Shown here in pieces: positions 55,001-64,000 of a DNA stretch of 64,000 bases; position 1 is the stretch's first letter; every line of letters begins with the position of its first letter. Source of the DNA: the human T2T-CHM13v2.0 reference genome, Homo sapiens; NCBI RefSeq assembly GCF_009914755.1, contig NC_060942.1, one strand, 5' to 3'. The notes beneath the pieces were generated by a model. That model did not search any database. It was not told the origin of the DNA and saw only the letters and a list, made by a program, of their open reading frames with translations. The translations under genes were made by a program, and so were the position numbers.

Positions 55001-56142
55001 ACTCCCTTTCATAGAGCAGTCCTGAAACACTCCTTTTGTAGTATCTGGAACTGGACTTTTGGAGCGCTTTCAGGGCTAAGGTGAAAAAGGAAATATCTTC
55101 CCATAAAAACTGGACAGAAGCATTCTCAGAAACTTTTTTATGCTGTATCTACTCAACTAACAAAGTTGAACCTTTCTTTTGATAGAGCAGTTTTGAAATG
55201 CTCTTTTTGTGGAATCTGCAAGTGGATATTTGGCTAGTTTTGAGGATTTCGTTGGAAGCGGGAATTCATACAAATTGCAGACTGCAGCGTTCTGAGAAAC
55301 ATCTTTGTGATGTTTGTATTCAGGACAGAGAGTTGAACATTCCCTATCATAGAGCAGGTTGGAATCACTCCTTTTGTAGTATCTGGAAGTGGACATTTGG
55401 AGCGCTTTCTGGCCTATGTTGAAAAAGGAAATATCTTCCCATAACAACTAGACACAAGCATTCTCAGAAACTTGTTTGTGATGTGTGCCCTCTACTGACA
55501 GAGTTGAACCTTTCTTTTCATAGAGCAGTTTTGAAACACTCTTTTTGTAGAATCTGCAAGAGGATATTTGCATAGCTTTGAGGATTTCGTGGGAAACGGG
55601 ATTGTCTTCAGGTAAAATCTAGACAGAAGCATTCTCAGAAACTTCTTTGGGATGTTTGCATTCAAGTCACAGAGTAGAACATTCCCTTTGGTAGAGCAGC
55701 TTTGAAACACTCTTTTTGTAGTATCTGGAAGTGGACATTTGGAGCGCTTTCAGGCCTATGTTGGAAAGGGAAATATCTTCCGGTAACAACTAGGCAGAAG
55801 CATTCTCAGAAACTTATTTGAGATGTGTGTACTCAACTAAGAGAATTGAACCACCGTTTTGAAGGAGCAGTTTTGAAACACTCTTTTTCTGGAATCTGCA
55901 AGAGGATATTTGCCTAGCTTTGAGGATTTCGTTGGAAACGGGATTGTGTTCAGATCAAATCTAGACAGAAGCATTCTCAGAAACTTCTTTGGGATGTTTG
56001 CATTCAAGTCACAGAGTAGAACATTCCCTTTGGTAGAGCAGGTGTGAAACACTCTTTTTTTAGTATATGGAAGTGGACATTTGGAGCGCTTTCAGGCCTA
56101 CGTTGGAAAAGGAAATATCTTCCCATAACAACTAGACAGAAG

Positions 56143-56817
56143 CATTCTCAGAAACTAGTTTCTGATGTGTGTCCTCAACTAACACAGTTGAACATTTCTT
56201 TAGACAGAACAGTTTTGAAACTCTCTTTTTGTGGAATCTGCAAGTGGCTATTTGGCTAGATTTGAGGATTTCGTTGGAAACGGGATTACATATAAAAAGC
56301 AGACAGCAGCATTCTCAGAAAGTTCTTTGTGATGATTGCATTCAAGTCACAGAATTGAACATTCCCTTTCACAGAGCAGGTTTGAAACACTCTTTTTGTA
56401 GTGTGTGTAAGTGGACATTTGGAGCACTTTCCGGCCTAAGGTGAGAAAGGAAATATCTTCCCATAAAAACTAGACAGAAGCATTCTCAGAAACTTACTCG
56501 TGATGTGTGTCCTCAACTAAAGGAGTAGAACCTTTCTTTCATAGAGAAGTTTTGAAACGCTCTTTTTGTGGAATCTGCAAGTGGATATTTGGCTAGTTTG
56601 GAGGATTTCGTTGGAAGCGGGAATTCATACAAATTGCAGACTGCAGCGTTCTGAGAAACATCTTTGTGATGTTTGTATTCAGGACACAGAGTTGAACATT
56701 CCCTATCATAGAGCAGGTTGGAATCACTCCTTTTGTAGTATCTGGAAGTGGACATTTGGAGCGCTTTCAGGCCTACGTTGGAAAAGGAAATATCTTCCCA
56801 TAACAACTAGACAGAAG
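56143..56817 (+). repeat. 4-mer HOR variant, copy 6
   Basis: Marker spacing 56169 to 56844 = 675; same junction. Confidence 0.92.
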
Positions 56818-59800
56818 CATTCTCAGAAACTAGTTTCTGATGTGTGTCCTCAACTAACACATTTGAACATTTCTTTAGACAGAACAGTTTTGAAACACTC
56901 TTTTTGTGGAATCTGCAAGTGGCTATTTGGCTAGATTTGAGGATTTCGTTGGAAACGGGATTACATATAAAAAGCAGACAGCAGCATTCTCAGAAAGTTC
57001 TTTGTGATGATTGCATTCAAGTCACAGAATTGAACATTCCCTTTCACAGAGCAGGTTTGAAACACTCTTTTTGTAGTGTGTGTAAGTGGACATTTGGAGC
57101 ACTTTCCGGCCTAAGGTGAAAAAGGAAATATCTTCCCATAAAAACTAGACAGAAGCACTCTCAGAAACTTACTCGTGATGTGTGTCCTCAACTAAAGGAG
57201 TAGAACCTTTCTTTTCATAGAGAAGTTTTGAAACGCTCTTTTTGTGGAATCTGCAAGTGGATATTTGGCTAGTTTGGAGGATTTCGTTGGAAGCGGGAAT
57301 TCATACAAATTGCAGACTGCAGCGTTCTGAGAAACATCTTTGTGATGTTTGTATTCAGGACACAGAGTTGAACATTCCCTATCATAGAGCAGGTTTGAAT
57401 CACTCCTTTTGTAGTATCTGGAAGTGGACATTTGGAGCGCTTTCAGGCCTATGTTGGAAAAGGAAATATCTTCCCATAACAACTAGACAGAAGCATTCTC
57501 AGAAACTTATTTGAGATGTGTGTACTCAACTAAGAGAATTGAACCACCGTTTTGAAGGAGCAGTTTTGAAACACTCTTTTTCTGGAATCTGCAAGTGGAT
57601 ATTTGGCTAGCTTTGGGGATTTCGCTGGAAGCGGGAATACATATAAAAAGCACACAGCAGCGTTCTGAGAAACTGCTTTCTGATGTTTGCATTCAAGTCA
57701 AAAGTTGAACACTCCCTTTCATAGTGCAGTCCTGAAACACTCCTTTTGTAGTATCTGGAACTGGACTTTTGGAGCGCTTTCAGGGCTAAGGTGAAAAAGG
57801 AAATATCTTCCCATAAAAACTGGACAGAAGCATTCTCAGAAACTTGTTTATGCTGTATCTACTCAACTAACAAAGTTGAACCTTTCTTTTGATAGAGCAG
57901 TTTTGAAATGCTCTTTTTGTGGAATCTGCAAGTGGATATTTGGCTAGTTTTGAGGATTTCGTTGGAAGCGGGAATTCATACAAATTGCAGACTGCAGCGT
58001 TCTGAGAAACATCTTTGTGATGTTTGTATTCAGGACAGAGAGTTGAACATTCCCTATCATAGAGCAGGTTGGAATCACTCCTTTTGTAGTATCTGGAAGT
58101 GGACATTTGGAGCGCTTTCAGGCCTATGTTGAAAAAGGAAATATCTTCCCATAACAACTAGACACAAGCATTCTCAGAAACTTGTTTGTGATGTGTGCCC
58201 TCTACTGACAGAGTTGAACCTTTCTTTTCATAGAGCAGTTTTGAAACACTCTTTTTGTAGAATCTGCAAGAGGATATTTGCATAGCTTTGAGGATTTCGT
58301 GGGAAACGGGATTGTCTTCAGGTAAAATCTAGACAGAAGCATTCTCAGAAACTTCTTTGGGATGTTTGCATTCAAGTCACAGAGTAGAACATTCCCTTTG
58401 GTAGAGCAGGTTTGAAACACTCTTTTTGTAGTATCTGGAAGTGGACATTTGGAGCGCTTTCAGGCCTATGTTGGAAAGGGAAATATCTTCCCGTAACAAC
58501 TAGGCAGAAGCATTCTCAGAAACTTATTTGAGATGTGTGTACTCAACTAAGAGAATTGAACCACCGTTTTGAAGGAGCAGTTTTGAAACACTCTTTTTCT
58601 GGAATCTGCAAGAGGATATTTGCCTAGCCTTGAGGATTTCGTTGGAAACGGGATTGTCTTCAGATCAAATCTAGACAGAAGCATTCTCAGAAACTTCTTT
58701 GGGATGTTTGCATTCAAGTCACAGAGTAGAACATTCCCTTTGGTAGAGCAGGTTTGAAACACTCTTTTTTTAGTATATGGAAGTGGACATTTGGAGCGCT
58801 TTCAGGCCTACGTTGGAAAAGGAAATATCTTCCCATAACAACTAGACAGAAGCATTCTCAGAAACTAGTTTCTGATGTGTGTCCTCAACTAACACAGTTG
58901 AACATTTCTTTAGACAGAACAGTTTTGAAACTCTCTTTTTGTGGAATCTGCAAGTGGCTATTTGGCTAGATTTGAGGATTTCGTTGGAAACGGGATTACA
59001 TATAAAAAGCAGACAGCAGCATTCTCAGAAAGTTCTTTGTGATGATTGCATTCAAGTCACAGAATTGAACATTCCCTTTCACAGAGCAGGTTTGAAACAC
59101 TCTTTTTGTAGTGTGTGTAAGTGGACATTTGGAGCACTTTCCGGCCTAAGGTGAAAAAGGAAATATCTTCCCATAAAAACTAGACAGAAGCATTCTCAGA
59201 AACTTACTCGTGATGTGTGTCCTCAACTAAAGGAGTAGAACCTTTCTTTTCATAGAGAAGTTTTGAAACGCTCTTTTTGTGGAATCTGCAAGTGGATATT
59301 TGGCTAGTTTGGAGGATTTCGTTGGAAGCGGGAATTCATACAAATTGCAGACTGCAGCGTTCTGAGAAACATCTTTGTGATGTTTGTATTCAGGACACAG
59401 AGTTGAACATTCCCTATCATAGAGCAGGTTTGAATCACTCCTTTTGTAGTATCTGGAAGTGGACATTTGGAGCGCTTTCAGGCCTATGTTGGAAAAGGAA
59501 ATATCTTCCCATAACAACTAGACAGAAGCATTCTCAGAAACTTATTTGAGATGTGTGTACTCAACTAAGAGAATTGAACCACCGTTTTGAAGGAGCAGTT
59601 TTGAAACACTCTTTTTCTGGAATCTGCAAGTGGATATTTGGCTAGCTTTGGGGATTTCGCTGGAAGCGGGAATACATATAAAAAGCACACAGCAGCGTTC
59701 TGAGAAACTGCTTTCTGATGTTTGCATTCAAGTCAAAAGTTGAACACTCCCTTTCATAGAGCAGTCCTGAAACACTCCTTTTGTAGTATCTGGAACTGGA

Positions 59801-62800
59801 CTTTTGGAGCGCTTTCAGGGCTAAGGTGAAAAAGGAAATATCTTCCCATAAAAACTGGACAGAAGCATTCTCAGAAACTTGTTTATGCTGTATCTACTCA
59901 ACTAACAAAGTTGAACCTTTCTTTTGATAGAGCAGTTTTGAAATGCTCTTTTTGTGGAATCTGCAAGTGGATATTTGGCTAGTTTTGAGGATTTCGTTGG
60001 AAGCGGGAATTCATACAAATTGCAGACTGCAGCGTTCTGAGAAACATCTTTGTGACGTTTGTATTCAGGACAGAGAGTTGAACATTCCCTATCATAGAGC
60101 AGGTTGGAATCACTCCTTTTGTAGTATCTGGAAGTGGACATTTGGAGCGCTTTCTGGCCTATGTTGAAAAAGGAAATATCTTCCCATAACAACTAGACAC
60201 AAGCATTCTCAGAAACTTGTTTGTGATGTGTGCCCTCTACTGACAGAGTTGAACCTTTCTTTTCATAGAGCAGTTTTGAAACACTCTTTTTGTAGAATCT
60301 GCAAGAGGATATTTGCATAGCTTTGAGGATTTCGTGGGAAACGGGATTGTCTTCAGGTAAAATCTAGACAGAAGCATTCTCAGAAACTTCTTTGGGATGT
60401 TTGCATTCAAGTCACAGAGTAGAACATTCCCTTTGGTAGAGCAGGTTTGAAACACTCTTTTTATAGTATCTGGAAGTGGACATTTGGAGCGCTTTCAGGC
60501 CTATGTTGGAAAGGGAAATATCTTCCCGTAACAACTAGGCAGAAGCATTCTCAGAAACTTATTTGAGATGTGTGTACTCAACTAAGAGAATTGAACCACC
60601 GTTTTGAAGGAGCAGTTTTGAAACACTCTTTTTCTGGAATCTGCAAGAGGATATTTGCCTAGCTTTGAGGATTTCGTTGGAAACGGGATTGTCTTCAGAT
60701 CAAATCTAGACAGAAGCATTCTCAGAAACTTCTTTGGGATGTTTGCATTCAAGTCACAGAGTAGAACATTCCCTTTGGTAGAGCAGGTTTGAAACACTCT
60801 TTTTTTAGTATATGGAAGTGGACATTTGGAGCGCTTTCAGGCCTACGTTGGAAAAGGAAATATCTTCCCATAACAATTAGACAGAAGCATTCTCAGAAAC
60901 TAGTTTCTGATGTGTGTCCTCAACTAACACAGTTGAACATTTCTTTAGACAGAACAGTTTTGAAACTCTCTTTTTGTGGAATCTGCAAGTGGCTATTTGG
61001 CTAGATTTGAGGATTTCGTTGGAAACGGGATTACATATAAAAAGCAGACAGCAGCATTCTCAGAACGTTCTTTGTGATGATTGCATTCAAGTCACAGAAT
61101 TGAACATTCCCTTTCACAGAGCAGGTTTGAAACACTCTTTTTGTAGTGTGTGTAAGTGGACATTTGGAGCACTTTCCGGCCTAAGGTGAAAAAGGAAATA
61201 TCTTCCCATAAAAACTAGACAGAAGCATTCTCAGAAACTTACTCGTGATGTGTGTCCTCAACTAAAGGAGTAGAACCTTTCTTTTCATAGAGAAGTTTTG
61301 AAACGCTCTTTTTGTGGAATCTGCAAGTGGATATTTGGCTAGTTTGGAGGATTTCGTTGGAAGCGGGAATTCATACAAATTGCAGACTGCAGCTTTCTGA
61401 GAAACATCTTTGTGATGTTTGTATTCAGGACACAGAGTTGAACATTCCCTATCATAGAGCAGGTTTGAATCACTCCTTTTGTAGTATCTGGAAGTGGACA
61501 TTTGGAGCGCTTTCAAGCCTATGTTGGAAAAGGAAATATCTTCCCATAACAACTAGACAGAAGCATTCTCAGAAACTTATTTGAGATGTGTGTACTCAAC
61601 TAAGAGAATTGAACCACCGTTTTGAAGGAGCAGTTTTGAAACACTCTTTTTCTGGAATCTGCAAGTGGATATTTGGCTAGCTTTGGGGATTTCGCTGGAA
61701 GCGGGAATACATATAAAAAGCACACAGCAGCGTTCTGAGAAACTGCTTTCTGATGTTTGCATTCAAGTCAAAAGTTGAACACTCCCTTTCATAGTGCAGT
61801 CCTGAAACACTCCTTTTGTAGTATCTGGAACTGGACTTTTGGAGCGCTTTCAGGGCTAAGGTGAAAAAGGAAATATCTTCCCATAAAAACTGGACAGAAG
61901 CATTCTCAGAAACTTGTTTATGCTGTATCTACTCAACTAACAAAGTTGAACCTTTCTTTTGATAGAGCAGTTTTGAAATGCTCTTTTTGTGGAATCTGCA
62001 AGTGGATATTTGGCTAGTTTTGAGGATTTCGTTGGAAGCGGGAATTCATACAAATTGCAGACTGCAGCGTTCTGAGAAACATCTTTGTGATGTTTGTATT
62101 CAGGACAGAGAGTTGAACATTCCCTATCATAGAGCAGGTTGGAATCACTCCTTTTGTAGTATCTGGAAGTGGACATTTGGAGCGCTTTCAGGCCTATGTT
62201 GAAAAAGGAAATATCTTCCCATAACAACTAGACACAAGCATTCTCAGAAACTTGTTTGTGATGTGTGCCCTCTACTGACAGAGTTGAACCTTTCTTTTCA
62301 TAGAGCAGTTTTGAAACACTCTTTTTGTAGAATCTGCAAGAGGATATTTGCATAGCTTTGAGGATTTCGTGGGAAACGGGATTGTCTTCAGGTAAAATCT
62401 AGACAGAAGCATTCTCAGAAACTTCTTTGGGATGTTTGCATTCAAGTCACAGAGTAGAACATTCCCTTTGGTAGAGCAGGTTTGAAACACTCTTTTTGTA
62501 GTATCTGGAAGTGGACATTTGGAGCGCTTTCAGGCCTATGTTGGAAAGGGAAATATCTTCCCGTAACAACTAGGCAGAAGCATTCTCAGAAACTTATTTG
62601 AGATGTGTGTACTCAACTAAGAGAATTGAACCACCATTTTGAAGGAGCAGTTTTGAAACACTCTTTTTCTGGAATCTGCAAGAGGATATTTGCCTAGCCT
62701 TGAGGATTTCGTTGGAAACGGGATTGTCTTCAGATCAAATCTAGACAGAAGCATTCTCAGAAACTTCTTTGGGATGTTTGCATTCAAGTCACAGAGTAGA

Positions 62801-64000
62801 ACATTCCCTTTGGTAGAGCAGGTTTGAAACACTCTTTTTTTAGTATATGGAAGTGGACATTTGGAGCGCTTTCAGGCCTACGTTGGAAAAGGAAATATCT
62901 TCCCATAACAACTAGACAGAAGCATTCTCAGAAACTAGTTTCTGATGTGTGTCCTCAACTAACACAGTTGAACATTTCTTTAGACAGAACAGTTTTGAAA
63001 CTCTCTTTTTGTGGAATCTGCAAGTGGCTATTTGGCTAGATTTGAGGATTTCGTTGGAAACGGGATTACATATAAAAAGCAGACAGCAGCATTCTCAGAA
63101 AGTTCTTTGTGATGATTGCATTCAAGTCACAGAATTGAACATTCCCTTTCACAGAGCAGGTTTGAAACACTCTTTTTGTAGTGTGTGTAAGTGGACATTT
63201 GGAGCACTTTCCGGCCTAAGGTGAAAAAGGAAATATCTTCCCATAAAAACTAGACAGAAGCATTCTCAGAAACTTACTCGTGATGTGTGTCCTCAACTAA
63301 AGGAGTAGAACCTTTCTTTTCATAGAGAAGTTTTGAAACGCTCTTTTTGTGGAATCTGCAAGTGGATATTTGGCTAGTTTGGAGGATTTCGTTGGAAGCG
63401 GGAATTCATACAAATTGCAGACTGCAGCGTTCTGAGAAACATCTTTGTGATGTTTGTATTCAGGACACAGAGTTGAACATTCCCTATCATAGAGCAGGTT
63501 GGAATCACTCCTTTTGTAGTATCTGGAAGTGGACATTTGGAGCGCTTTCAGGCCTATGTTGGAAAAGGAAATATCTTCCCATAACAACTAGACAGAAGCA
63601 TTCTCAGAAACTTATTTGAGATGTGTGTACTCAACTAAGAGAATTGAACCACCGTTTTGAAGGAGCAGTTTTGAAACACTCTTTTTCTGGAATCTGCAAG
63701 TGGATATTTGGCTAGCTTTGGGGATTTCGCTGGAAGCGGGAATACATATAAAAAGCACACAGCAGCGTTCTGAGAAACTGCTTTCTGATGTTTGCATTCA
63801 AGTCAAAAGTTGAACACTCCCTTTCATAGAGCAGTCCTGAAACACTCCTTTTGTAGTATCTGGAACTGGACTTTTGGAGCGCTTTCAGGGCTAAGGTGAA
63901 AAAGGAAATATCTTCCCATAAAAACTGGACAGAAGCATTCTCAGAAACTTGTTTATGCTGTATCTACTCAACTAACAAAGTTGAACCTTTCTTTTGATAG
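56818..64000 (+). repeat. Three canonical 12-mers plus a partial unit at the window end
   Basis: Unit starts 56818, 58853, 60888 and 62923, spaced 2035 bp apart. Confidence 0.92.

Larger units (their letters stand above)
1..64000 (+). repeat. Centromeric alpha-satellite higher-order repeat array (dimeric A/B organisation; 12-mer HOR of ~2035 bp; most likely human chr18 D18Z1 / S2C18H1L, SF2)
   Basis: Continuous ~170 bp tandem monomers beginning cattctcagaaact / cgttctgagaaac. A CENP-B box (tttcgttggaaacggga type) occurs in every second monomer. Near-identical ORFs recur at 2034-2035 bp intervals, e.g. starts 6681, 8716, 10751, 12786, 14821, 16856, 18891. Alpha-satellite identity is essentially certain; the D18Z1 assignment rests on recalled HOR size and EcoRI pattern (about 0.8 confidence). 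Confidence 0.98.

Noticed and set aside
240-63797. Hundreds of 61-97 aa ORFs on both strands (MLWEDISF..., MFQTCSTKG..., MSSTNTVEH..., MQTSESS...)
   Set aside because: They recur with the satellite period, overlap on both strands, often begin at TTG/GTG, and show no recognisable domain. They are chance translations of alpha satellite and useful only as positional markers.
1-64000. CRISPR-like repeat-spacer appearance (conserved cattctcagaaact every ~170 bp)
   Set aside because: The intervening sequences are homologous monomers, not unique spacers, and there are no cas genes. This is eukaryotic satellite DNA.
1-64000. Assignment to DXZ1 (also a ~2 kb 12-mer)
   Set aside because: DXZ1 is pentamer-based (SF3) and ~2057 bp. 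This array is strictly dimeric, has a box in every other monomer, and is 2035 bp.
1-64000. Hidden non-satellite insert (L1/Alu, inversion, novel gene cassette)
   Set aside because: The unit spacings (2377, 2034/2035, 1350, 675) account for the full length with no unexplained gap, and orientation is constant throughout.

Overview
The whole 64 kb window is one uninterrupted, single-orientation array of primate (very probably human) centromeric alpha satellite. I saw no genes, transposon insertions or inversions. The monomers are 167-171 bp and alternate between CENP-B-box-bearing (B-type) and pJalpha-like (A-type). They form a 12-monomer higher-order repeat (HOR) of 2034-2035 bp with two EcoRI sites giving 675 + 1360 bp fragments. 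This fits my recollection of the active chromosome 18 array D18Z1 (S2C18H1L, suprachromosomal family 2); the assignment was not checked by a search. Monomer numbers m1-m12 are my own, with m1 starting at 'cattctcagaaactagtttctg' (reference unit 2243-4277). Reading by eye, the window holds 26 complete 12-mers, two 14-mers (the first cut by the window edge), one 8-mer, six 4-mers and a final partial unit. Every ORF in the track is a periodic translation artefact of the repeat. I found no new gene system. The notable signal is array evolution: nested super-HOR periods of 4.4, 4.7, 6.8 and 11.5 kb, an out-of-register gene-conversion patch, single-origin structural variants tied to SNV haplotypes, and CENP-B box variants that recur only at non-essential positions.
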